DNA of 40,040 bases, from contig FLMG01001432.1 of NCBI GenBank assembly GCA_900088475.1, forward strand, positions 1 to 40,040, written 5' to 3'. The notes below the pieces were generated by a model that was not told the origin of the DNA, did no database searches, and saw nothing but the letters and a program-made list of their open reading frames with translations. This document shows, piece after piece, positions 21,701 to 33,452 of the stretch. Both the position numbers and the translations under genes were made by a program. This stretch comes from Hyphochytrium catenoides. Its lineage: Eukaryota > Protista > Hyphochytriomycota. Numbering within the stretch: the stretch's first letter is position 1; every line of letters begins with the position of its first letter.

Positions 21701-23434
21701 GTAAGATTGCCACTTGGTCTGCGTCACAACTTAGCCCCTCCCCTGATAGAGCTCTACACCGCTTTCCGAACGTTTCTCTAGTTCTATTCTCTGCACTCCA
21801 CTGGCTCACATTTCGATTCTTCCCTTTCCTGCCTTGCCCTACATTGCCTGGGTGAAGGGTGTCGTTGCCCCTTCGTCTCCTCTGTTCTTCTCCCTCTTTA
21901 ACCTTGACTGGACCTTCAACCTTTCTAAAGCCTTCGAGATCAGCTATACCTTCTGCATTGGAATGCAAGAGGATGCAATAGGTGGAGGAGACGCATGTGA
22001 TCTTTCCCTTGCTCTCTCCCTTGAGACGGACACGCCATTTCAAGAGCACTCTCTCTTCTCTCGAATCGTTCTTCGCTCTCCCTCCTTAGTTGGTTCAGAA
22101 TGTCTCACCACCCTACCCAAGAGGGGGAAAACGAAGAGCCACGTGACCGGAAAGACGGAGACAGAGATATACTACGAGCCCGTGTGTGAGCTAGTGCACC
22201 TTCAGGGCCCACCAACTCCGGCACGATCTCTTCTCACACAGAAGTACCTGGACAGATTAGAGACAGAAAATAGCAACGACGCCTTGGAGAGCCAAGGAGA
22301 CCAGAGGTCAGGAAGTGACCGCTCAACTTTATCTACATCTTCTCTCAAACCGGGGATGAATGGGGTGTGGAAGACAAGAGTATATCGCTTTGACTTGCAC
22401 AACTTCTTCAACATGAAGCTGAAAGAGGTCGCTGCAGTCTGTACAGTCAGAAGAAGGAGCACTATCGGAACAGGAGGAGTTGCAGGAGGTAGCGAGGAGA
22501 AAGGCTCGACGGGAGAGCCTTTCCCCTACCGATGTTTCTTAGGACAAGTGGTGTTAGACCAAGTTCCGAAGGCGAAGAGGCTCGCTGATAGGCCGAGAAG
22601 CATTACTCTCTGTTCGATTGAAGCTCAAAGTGCTATCAGATGGGAGGAAGCGGAAGGAGAGACACCAAGAAGATGCTACCTTGACGCCATTCTGAAGTGG
22701 AAAACAATAATCGACACCTCTTTACCGCTATCGGGCGGTCTAACTAGGGCTACCGTGGGTGAGGAGAATATAATAGACCAGGGCCAAGAGGTAGACAGCC
22801 AGAGGAAGGTCCAGGACGCAGGAGGTGACGCAGAAACGACAGGAACAGTGGACTGGCATGTTGACGTCTTTGTTGCTCCAGCATCCGGGAGAGAAAACGG
22901 TTTCCCTTCCGTACACCTTGGCCGAGCGTTTGCAGAGGAGTACAAGGTAGGTGGTTGGGACTGCGGGGATAGGGTCCTTACTTCTATCCTGCACTGGGCT
23001 CTCAAGTCGATTGGTTGTACATTCGAAGACCTTACATACGACTATGTTCTCTCTCCATGCATTTCCTATCTGTTGCACCCGAGTGGCCTTGGGTCTGGGT
23101 TGGAATCTGTCTGGAAATCCTTCACCTGTTCTCCCTCGCTATTATTCCGCCCCTACTAAACTCCTTCCCTCTCAATGGACGGCAGATCCATGGATTTGAC
23201 GTCACGGCGCTGTTTCCTTCTCAAGGTGCCCCTGTGGATATCGTCCTGCAGGTTGGAGGAGTTTGTGGGGCCGTCCCACCAGTAGATGAAGAGGAGAAAG
23301 AGAGAATATATAGGATAAGGCTTGGTGACGTACCACAGGAGGCGAAGATGGTAGAAGACGAGGGACAGGAGGCGTTAGGTGGATCTTCTGTTCTGAGACA
23401 TCGCCCCAGGAACACTGAAAACAGAAAGAACTAA
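18192..23434 (+). CDS. ENGASE: Endo-beta-N-acetylglucosaminidase (GH85), 11 exons, with an N-terminal hydrophobic anchor
   Basis: GH85 motifs LIVCHDMMGGYLED, IFIYFSHHLVTIPP, AHKHGTK|VLGTFITE, YGFDGWLINVEN (catalytic N-x-E), YYDS, DGIFTNYTW, GIDCFGRGTYGGGGF, SVAIFAPGWVYE, FNGGSSL. In-frame exons: 18192-18366, 18511-18585, 19044-19327, 19608-19739, 19942-20166, 20478-20627, 20793-20919, 21068-21153, 21273-21602, 21858-22946, 23186-23434. Confidence 0.93.
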
Positions 23435-24028
23435 GGTTTCGGACCGTTAGCGAGCTAGTGAGCGGGAAGATGGCAGGGGATCAGGGTCTGTACGCTCCAG
23501 GGTTTCAAAAAGAGAGACAGAAAGAAGAGGTTCTACTTCTCAAAGGAACCAACTCACAGTGCTTGTAGGGTGTATGTGGTTAGTCAACTAGCTGGGGACT
23601 ACTACGAGGGCCGAGAGGCTGTGAAAGGCCAAAAGGCTGCCAAATTTATTGATTGTCTTTGCTCTTACCGGCCTTCCACTCTACCGAAGTGCTGAATGAT
23701 GCAAAAGCAACTTTCTGTCGGGTGGTTCTGGCCTCTAGGGTCTAGTCTCTCTGGTTTATCCTCACGTATCTCTTCTGTCTCTTATAGTTGTGAGCCCTCT
23801 GCCCTTCACTTGCCTAGTCGACCTCCTCTCTGCTCTACCGTCTCCACTCCGCATGTTCTTCATTCCCAACTGTCTACCCACTGGCTCACTTCTTACTCTT
23901 TCGTAGCCACTTGTCCTCATCTCATCTCCTCTTCTTTTATACCTTTGCCGTTTTCCTCTTTTGAATCCTGAGAGTGGGCGGACAACGTTGGCGCCAGGGA
24001 GGTAGATCGGATCTGCTGAGTCATCACA

Positions 24029-24754
24029 TCAGCTTTTGAGAAACCAGTCTAGAGATTCTCTGGCGATTGCTCTGGGGACGGTGTGAGGTCCCTCGAACTC
24101 TTTATACTCGACGGGAATCTCTCCTCTTTTAAGGGACGGATAGATCCTACGGCTGCATCTATCGATGTTTAGAACTCTGTCTCCCGTCCCGTGGCTCATA
24201 TACACTCTAGGCTTCCCTTGCTGGCTCGGAGGGGCCATAAAGCCGGGGGAATAGGCGATGATGTGACTAAAGACGCCATCTCCGTTCGCCAGGCCGAGTG
24301 TCAAGCCATAAGATGCGCCGTCTGAGAAGCCTCCAATTGCTCTGTGCGCTGGATTCACCTTGTAGTGCCTCTGGACATACTTCAGACCGTCCTCTATGTG
24401 CTCCACATCCGGTCCTAAGCTGCCAACAAGAAAGTCCCATGTACGGCCCTGAGAGGCAGGTGCTAGGATCATCACGCCTTTCTCCTCTGCTGCCTCCTGG
24501 AGGAAGGATATCATGCCCTCGGGATCTCCTCCTGCACCGTGAAGGAGGACAAGAAGCGGACTCCCGTCTTGATCTTCGACGGGCCGCTCAGGAACGTAAA
24601 GCAGTGCATCGCGCTTATGCCGAAGTCCCAAACGATGCACCCCTGGTCCGCATTTTGGCTGTGGAACAGTGCTTGAATCGGAAGGAAGCTCGATTCTCCC
24701 GATCTTGTGTCTGAGAACGCTGTTCTCTGGAATGTTAGGGGTCTGGGTCTCCAT
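24029..24754 (-). CDS. Intronless alpha/beta-hydrolase, phospholipase/carboxylesterase family (bacterial type), 241 aa
   Basis: LLVLLHGAGG oxyanion region, GFSDG nucleophile elbow, SHGTGD acid and FEGPH catalytic His in a single uninterrupted ORF. Confidence 0.92.
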   Translation of the reverse strand: METQTPNIPENSVLRHKIGRIELPSDSSTVPQPKCGPGVHRLGLRHKRDALLYVPERPVEDQDGSPLLVLLHGAGGDPEGMISFLQEAAEEKGVMILAPASQGRTWDFLVGSLGPDVEHIEDGLKYVQRHYKVNPAHRAIGGFSDGASYGLTLGLANGDGVFSHIIAYSPGFMAPPSQQGKPRVYMSHGTGDRVLNIDRCSRRIYPSLKRGEIPVEYKEFEGPHTVPRAIARESLDWFLKS

Positions 24755-27545
24755 GAGACTTTTTTGAAGCTGTCTCGCCCAAGCTCGAATGACTCTACTA
24801 GAGGCTCTGAGGACAGCCAGCCTTCTGTCTTTGGGTTATCTGAAGCGTGGTCCCGTTCGTGGTCTGTGGCGGAGGTTGAAGACTGAGCTAGAGAGTACCG
24901 GGGGCCCTCCCTCTCTCACACTCTCCTCCTTTTGCCATTCCCACTGTTTGACAATACTGAGCAAGCGGCATGGGCCTCTGCAGGCCACGGTAGATACGCT
25001 TTGTAGAAGGACGAAGGTGCGAGAAAGGGAAGACTGTGGAGGCTCTGGGAGAGCCGCAAAGAAGAGAAGAAACTCTGCCATAACAGAATATCTATTATGA
25101 AGTTCTTCAGTAAAAAGTAACGGGCTTGTGATCAGCAGCCACAAGAGGCCAAGCTACTAATAGTGGGACTACTCGTCTCCTCTTTTCAATGAGTATAGGG
25201 AGCTATAGTAGGACTGCCGACTCCTCACTGGCTTTATACCGAAGATCGCTTGATGCAGCGGGATAATCACTGTGGTTCCGGTGGGGACGTGGCTGTCGTG
25301 GCAGCTTGTCTCTTTGCTCTTCGAAGGAGTTCGACGCCATTCCAAGCGTCACCTATCGGAGAATGAATGTAGACGCAGAGGTAACATTGCTTTGATCCGG
25401 CCGCCACTGCACCCCCTGACACTATTATCACACATAGCGCAAAAAAAATGGGAAGTCGACGGCCGCACCGTCGCGATGTAAGCAGCACGCCGCTATGCCA
25501 AGTCACCTGCCCTTATAGGGACATCGAGCAGTCCCATACCTGCCAGATTTCACTGCCTGCGGAGACACGTGCAGAGCATTCAGAGGTAGAGGAGAGAAAG
25601 GTGCCGTTGGTGCCTGCAGCCCATTCAGCCATGTGGGCTTGCTGGCGCCAGCCTTCTCGTTAATCCGTTTACCTGGAAATCATCATTTTACCTGAAATGT
25701 GAGGTGTTGCAGGCGAGCGCGGTCGTTGTGGCTTCACCTTCACCCTCGTAGTGAATCAAGGCAGCCCTACTGCCCTGATCTTCGTCTATGTGGATGGAGC
25801 GACAACCTTCCTTGTCATTGCTGTCCTAGAAGCCCACATTCGCCCGGTCCCCCGCAGGCAGCAGGCAATGAGAACAGCGCTCTCACAAGCCATAATGAGC
25901 AGAGCAGCTCAACAGCTGTGGCTGCACCGGCGCTGGCTCTCTAGCTGTCCCTATCTTCCTTCCCTTCCCTTCCTGCTGCTGCTGCCGCTGCTGGGAAGGC
26001 AAGGATCCAAGGAAGAAGAAGAACAGCGACGAAGGCAGGGGCTCGCAGATGTGGATCAATTCCCATCCTTACCGCGACAATTATAGGAGATAAGATGTCC
26101 AATTGTTTGACGTACTCTCTCTTCCATTATCGACATTGGACAATGATGGTAGTTTGTATTGCACTGTAAAACTATACCGACTTTCTTAGGAGAGTTTTGC
26201 ACCAAAATAACGGACAAGTGATGGCAATGATGGACCGTCTGCCCTCTCGGCTGCAGCGGGAACTGAAGAGATGATGACGAGCTCTGGCGGCTGCTGCTGC
26301 GGCATGGAGCAGGAGGTGAGAGCTCGCTGCGCGCTGCTGCTTCTCGGTCCAGCGAGACGAAGCTGATTGCTTTTGGATCGAGAGCGTCCTTCTCGCGGTT
26401 GGAATGCATGGGACGTTCAAGGCTCGTGCACCTTTACTGTAAGGATTGGAAGACGGCAGCAGATGCTCTCTGGGTGGCTGTTTGCTCCGTCCAGCCAAGC
26501 AGAAAAGAGGAGTCTAAGTGCTGCGTGCTGTTGGCACTGTGGACTGCCAGGGCTGGCCGATTGGTTTGCATGCACGTAAACAGTAATAAGCAGAGAGCAG
26601 CAGGACCCAGCGCACGATGCCACACAGGTTGAATAGTATCCTTAACTGGCCTAATCACTTATCTGTCCCAGTCCGGGCGTTATAACACCCTGAATAGACT
26701 GATCTCCCCTCCTCACTCAAACTAGAAACGCTATCATCAATATGGAAGGGTCAACCGATTGATGACTGGTCAGAAGTCCATCCTTTACTAGCAGATTGGC
26801 ACTTCGGTCAATGGCCGCTCGTTGAGAGAACTTCAGATTAGACAAAGCGGCCATAACCAGGGCAAAAACGGCCATCAAGTTTAGGCACTTCGTAGTGTTC
26901 TTTCCCTTATGTCTTTGTCTAGATGCTTCAGGAGTAATTGCCTCAATTGCACGGTAGTCGTTGTACGTAGAAAGCTGATCGACACCTTGAGACCGCAGGC
27001 ACATTTGGCTCCTAAGGAATAACGACCGGGTAGGCCCAATCACGAAAGGCTGCTCTGAGCTTTGAAGGGGTGAGTGGCCAGGGACAATAGCTTCGGTCTT
27101 GGGACAATATTATGCTGATTGCTGTGTCGCCGACAGCGACACCAGGGGGCACATCAGAAGAGAAAGAGAGAGAACAAGCACAGGGCAGGGACAGGGAGAG
27201 AGGGGGAGAGGAACGAAGAGACATGCATTGTAGGGGAACCCAAATGAATTCTCAAGATCCTCCTGTCTCAGACTATCGTCTGAGCTTCGTGTACCAAGCA
27301 GGAGTTGGGAGGAGCGGCGGAGGATTGTTAACAGGCGAGGGAGCTTCGACACCTAGAAGGGTTATCTCGGGTTATTGCTCGAGCCAAAGCAAAAATCGCG
27401 GCAGGAGATAGCAGAGCGAAAGTGCCATGGATAACAGTTGGCGGTAGCGACATGAAAGGTAACGCTATCCATGAAAGGCAATCACTAAAGAATGGAGCTC
27501 AGAGACGGTAGCAAGGTTGTGAGAAGACAAGAGAAGAAGAGCTTA

Positions 27546-30500
27546 CTAGTAGTTTTGGAAGGAGGAGCCTTCAAAGAGATGAGAAGATCTTGGACCGACT
27601 CTCTCGTCTCCAGCAGCAATCGCAGCTCTTCACGGAGGGCCCCATAGCGAAGAGACAAAGCTTGCAGCTCTTCCCTTCATTGAATGGAAATGACAAGTAA
27701 GATCCAGCAAAGATTAAGTGAAAGGATACAAACAAGGATGAGACGCCTAAATATTGAGGTCTAATCCATAGACAACGCCTAAGCATTGAGCTTTAAGTCA
27801 TAACCAACGAATGAATATATATATGAATATAGGTCGATTACCTCGCTACACTAAGGTCCTTCTCTAGCTTTTGCCTATCAGCGGCCCCTCGCTCAAGCTC
27901 CGCCTCCTTTATCCTGAGACTCTCAACCTGGGACATAAGTACCAATTGGGCGCCGTTCGAACCCAAAGCGACCGCACGTCTATGTTAGTGCGAGCAGTAA
28001 TTGAGGGTAATCACAGGGCAAGATTCCATGCTAACCAGGTAAGAGTGAGGTTGTCTTGCAAGAGACAGCTGCCAGTTCAAGCCTTCGATTTTCTTGTTCA
28101 ACTCTTCGCAACTCCTCTCTCTTGATTCGAGCTGAAGATTCGATCAAGGCAGAAGGTAGGCGTGGTTAGAACAAGGAGAGGGAAACAGTAGAAGACACTC
28201 TGCGGGAAGGGAAAGTGCGTAGAAGTCGCAAGAAGTATCCAGACAAGAAAGAGGTTATCTTACCTCGCTCCTCAGTTCTTCCGCCTTCCGCTCTGCCTGC
28301 AATAGCTTTTGGGCCAGGTGGAGGCTTTGGCTCACCTGGTCGCGAGATAAATTAAAGACAGTCGTTAGCCCTCCGCAGTGGACCGGCAGCAAAAATGAAA
28401 GCGAATCTCGAAGAGGTGGGTCATTAGTGAGACCAAGTAGAGAGAGAGGAAAAACGGCGTGGAGGGTGAGGCATGGGGAAGAGCTAGACGGTGGTCAGAT
28501 AAAAAAGCAGAAGGTACGTGTCCGCTGCGATTATAAGGTAGCAATGAACAGAGCATATAAAAGGGGGCAGAATGAAGAAGAGTCCAGGCAGCGCTCTAGT
28601 ATACTGCTGGAGAGTAAGTATAATGCGTTCAAACAGTGATACTAACCCTTCTTTGAGCCTTTGTGGGCAGAGTCCCAAGCACCTGAAGTGCCATCTCCGC
28701 CTGATTTGCGTGCCCCTCCGGCGACCCTCCCGCTCCGTGGAGGATAGCCGCATCCACCTCCAGCTCCATTTCCCTGTAGCTTTGGAGCTTTTCTCTCTAT
28801 CGGGGTGCTCCATAACTTAGTACCATGACGCGCATCATAATAAAGTGGGACAGAAGAAGAACACCACTATGGAGCGAAACCATCTAGTACCGCAAAACAA
28901 TAGAGTAGGAGTGATAGCTCAAAAGTCGTGAAGCAGCACAGAGTCCGTGGCTCATAGCGATTATCCTACCTCTGCAGTAAGAGCTGTCTCGAGCTGTGTA
29001 ATCTTTTGCAATGAAGCACTCTCCAAGCTCTGGAACTCGCCCTTGTGGATCTCAATCTGGCGGCACGGGAAGAGAGAGAGCGGAAAAGGACCAAAAAGAG
29101 CTTAACGGTAGCTTGAAATTAGGAGAAGAAGTAGACCCTTACAGATCCAAGAGCCCGTTTCCCTTCTTACCTTCTGTGTCAGCATCTCGTTCTCGATCTT
29201 CAGTTGACGGAGAAGGTTCATCTTCTCTTCTACACTGGCGCTCATCTGGGAAACCTGCAGTACAGCACCGACGTTATAAGCGCTCCTCACACTAACTAGA
29301 CCCTGGCGCCCAATCCAAAAAGTCTCGCCCATTTTGCGATTGTTCTGGCCCATCAGCAACTCCCATTTGCTTTACTTAGTTCACTCTTCGCTAACCGTCC
29401 CTTACCTCGAACATCTTCGTCTTGACCTCGCTTCTAAGGTCTGAGAGGGTCGCTTCGTGCTCAGCCTCTATTCTTATCTGCTTAATAAGCTTCATGACGA
29501 AAGAGCGACGTAGTAAGATTATCATTTTCAAGGGGACTGAACCAATATTAAAAAGCCGCTCTAACTCCTACCTACCAATGCATCGTAGGAAGCGGTCGCC
29601 TCCTTTAGTTTGGTCTTCGTTCTCTCTAACTCAGCAGCAAGTTCTTCTCTTTGGCGTGGCGACAGAAATAGACGATTCGGGAGTGAGTTAAAACACATGT
29701 AAGATCAGATGAAGGTATAAGATGTCAGAGGCATTGGACCTCAGACATATGAGCTACACAGACGCTCAAAGGAAGCAGCTTACCTGGAATCTTTTAGCAT
29801 CTTATTCTCCCTCTCCCAGATTTCCTTTGTCGCCCTTCTGATCTCTTCGATCTCCTTCTGACTTGACTCCCGTAGCCTCTCTATTTCTGATTGAAGCTTC
29901 GACTGGCCCGTACAAAGAGCAAAGTTAGACAGAGTGAGAAAAGATGTTTTGTTTTTGCTTTAGATTGTTCAACGAGAGCAAACACGGCCGGACATCAATG
30001 CAAATGGGAGAGAGCAATATTGGCATGCCAAAAGAGAGGAAGGTCTAAGATTCAGAGAGGAGCCGTCTGCTTCGATCGAAGCTAGAGAGAGAGTGTGTTA
30101 AGGGTCACATAGCGCAATTAGATAGCAGAGGTGCCACTTACGTCATAGGCTGCTTTGTGCTGGTCTTTTACTTCCAGCAGTTGGTCATAGTACTGCTGTT
30201 TGCTGCGCTTTAGATCCCGCACCTACGTAGGGCCGTCACAGACGGTAACGACGCTAAGTAAACGTACGAGGCAAAGATAGAGTATAGAGAATGACTGAGG
30301 AGAGACAATACAAGATGGAAGAGTTGAAGGAGCCAAGACGTGTCACCTTCTCCAGAAGTCTTTCCAACTCCTTTTCTCGCTTCCCTGCTTCTGATCTATG
30401 AGTCTCCGTCTCTCTCTTGAGGTAATCCTTGTCTACCTTCAAAAGCTCTACTTGCTTAGAAAGTTCCTGGTTCTGACGCTGGGGCAGAACGAAAGCAGAA

Positions 30501-32677
30501 GCGGGGGAGGCAAGGGCTGACCTTAGCTTTAAAAGACTCAAGGAAAGGCCTGTTACTTCGCGTCCACCTCGTACGGTCTTTCAATAACGGCGATGGTAAT
30601 GAGTGATGAGAGCCAATGAGGTGAGCAGAAACGTGCAAGGCCTGCAAAGGCTGGGCTTTACTGAAGAGAAAGATGGCTGACATCCTCGGAGGAGACACTA
30701 TAAAGAAAGAAGCATAGATACCTGGGCCTCTGCCAAGGAATCGGTGGCAATCATAAGAGACGCGCTAGTCTTGTCTTCTTTTTCCTGAAGTCTTTCGTAC
30801 GCCTCCTCCAGCCAGTCCTTCTTCTCCAGTACAGCGGATGCTCTTTCCTCTTTGTCTCGTATATCTTCTATCTGCACGACAACGAGAGATTTAGGAAATG
30901 ATGTAAGAATCCCAGAGTCACAGAAGCCAATAGACCAGGAATAAAAAGAGCAGGAAGTTATCTCTCTCCGCTTTGGCGTCTTTCCCGGAGCTTCATAATC
31001 TTCATCTAGGACGCCCTCCATTGCCATGTTGCGCTCTCCTCTTTCCATTGTGCTTAGTACTCCCATCTAACCCCATTAGGTTACGTGTTTTTGAGCCTTA
31101 CCTTCTTCGTGGTCAGCTTGAGCTGCCCCTTCAGTTCCTCTATTATGGCCTCGCTGGCCCGCTGGTGGTGCTCTCTGCGTGCCTCGGCTTCTGATAGTAG
31201 ATCCTTGGTATGGGCTAACTCTCTGTACATTTGGTACTCAGCCTTAGAGTCACATCACAGTCTTTTGCCGCACTCGCTCGATACCATAATCTTATCCTCC
31301 ATACACCTTATCTTCTCTACACTTTTTGCTTGTAATTGCCTTAGCGTACCTCCTTGTCTTCTCAAGGTCAAAGGTGAGACTCGTAACATCTTCAGCCTTC
31401 CTCTCTAGCATCTGCCATGCCAGCAACGTGCGTCCGGGCCAGAAAAAAAGGCGGGCACAGGGATTGGCATCTTTAGCTTAGCAGTCCATAAGATGGTCAA
31501 CGTAGAGTGGCAAGAAAGAAGCAATTAGCTTTACCCCTCTCGTCCTCTCCAACTCCTCTTTCGTCTTGTGAATATGCTCGTAGAACTTCATGCAGACAAA
31601 CTCTCGCAAAGAAAGACGCTCTTCAGATTCTGCCTTCAGCTGTAGAACGCGGGCCAGAAGGCAGAACATTGTTAGGCAATCGGAAAGAGCAGGGAAGGAT
31701 GGATTGTCTTGGCGGCAGGGCAGCGAAGAAAGTAGTATGGCGTTCTAGTCTCCGCTGAAAGCAGGAAGGCCAACCGCAAGCACATGAAAAGTGAACGCGA
31801 GCAGACAAGAGAAGTTGTACGTAGGCAAGTGTTTCTCATTCTACCTCTGCATAGAGAGCATCCGAGATAAAGAGATCTTCAAAGCGCATCTTTTCCTGCT
31901 TCAATCTTCTCCTGAGAATTGGAACCTCTGCCTCCAGCTTCAATGCCGACTTGCGAAGGCTGTCAATCTCAGCTGCCCGACTTGTCTGTTAGGAGGCAGC
32001 AACCAAGAAGAATCACTTGTTTCAGGGAGGGGCTTACGGCGTGCGAACTAGGCAAGCTGGTTTGGGGAGAGAGATGTAGGTCATCCCTTATAAATTTACG
32101 AGTGAGGGTGTGGGAGCTCCACTCGGACGAAGAGGAGCCAACCAATAACCATCAAAGAGAAGCGCTGTAAGAAGGGAATGCAGCACAAGATCCATACGTA
32201 CTTGGAGGGTCTGTAGAGTAGAAGAAAATTGTTCTCTCTCCTTGGCCAGCTGCCGCTGTGCCGCAACCCTCTGGAGAACTGCTTCCTCCAACTGCGTCTC
32301 CAACTCCTTAAGGCGCACCTCCCAGGAGTTGAAAACTCCTTCATGCCGACGAAGCGCGGCGGAGAATGTGCGAGAGGAGGAGGTGGAGGCACGGCGAGCC
32401 GCGAAGGTGGCGGCGGACTCAATTGTCCCTCGCCGTCCTAGGTGTGAGTGGAGGGGCAAGCAAAGAACAGCCGTGGAAATGGAGAAGTCCCGACGGCGCA
32501 GAAGGACGGGCATTAGAAAGCAGATTTAGAGGCAACATGTTACTGCGCATCATGAGCTCAAGAGGGAAGAATACCGGTTGGGGGTACATTGGCCTCTACG
32601 AGATCCTGCTCTAATCCATCCACATCCACGCTGCTTGGCAATGAAATGGAGTCATCAGAGTCGTGAGAGAGTTCCAT
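27546..32677 (-). CDS. PIBF1: PIBF1/CEP90-like centriolar coiled-coil protein, about 19 exons
   Basis: Exons recall PIBF1 motifs: ERLSLREFVCMKFYE, KQVELLKVDKDYLKRE, LGTLPTKAQRR|VSQSLHLAQKLLQ, ALREELRLLLETRE. ATG at 32677 (MELSHDSDDS); last exon ends ...APSFQNY*; GT-AG boundaries found throughout. Confidence 0.82.
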
Positions 32678-32741
32678 TTCTTGCGGTTGTCGATCCGGCC
32701 TGGTTATTTTGTTGGACAGCGTCGCCCTAGACAGGTAGTTC

Positions 32742-32895
32742 CTACGCAGCTGCTTCCTCAGCGTCCTTGCTGCTAGCCTCGGGGATCACCCGGCCAGCAT
32801 CATCTCCGATAGAGTTGTGTCTCAGGTCCATCACTCCTAACCTGAGCACCTTATTAGTTGCAAGGTCATAGAAGCACTCCTTCAGAGCTCTGACG
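32742..32895 (-). pseudogene. Isolated RI-like leucine-rich-repeat fragment
   Basis: ALKECFYDLATNKVLRLGVMDLRHNSIGDDAGRVIPEA resembles the LxxLDLxxNxIGDxGAxxIAxA consensus; a single repeat followed by a stop. Confidence 0.4.
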
Positions 32896-33452
32896 ACCCG
32901 GACGGAGCTCCAGCAAGCTCCAAACACGAAGGAGAGGAGGTTATCTGAAGATCTGCAGATGGATTCTTCATTCTCAACATCATGACGTTTGGTAATAACA
33001 GAACGCTATCGGTCTGCTCAGGCTCCAGTTATCAACCCACAATAGCCTTGTAGTAACTGATTTATGGGGGCTAGAGCTACGGTATTATGAATAAAATGAC
33101 AAGGGACAAATAATATACAGGACCTGTACGACTATGGAGAAGATTGTCATGGATCCGTTGTAAGAACTGAAGTTGTGATTTTATGATGTTCTGCTGTTTT
33201 GTGATTCGGGAGAGTCTTGGGAAGATCAGAATGTGAAGCTTTCTTTCTGCAGCTCATCTTGTCGTCCGCTGCAGCTTCGTCAGCAGACTGCCAGACTGCC
33301 CGAGAGACTGAGAGACTGCTCACAGCGCTTGTCTACCCTCCTAGGCACCACGAGTCAGGGAAGGAGTGCCTGACTGCTCAAACACTTTATCTGTGGTGAC
33401 TGGTTAGGGCTACTTACACACATAGGTTTCAAGGGCTGTAGAAGGAGACACG

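Noticed and set aside
26700-27420. ORFs of 70-108 aa downstream of PIBF1
   Set aside because: No motif, homology or splice pattern that I could recognise
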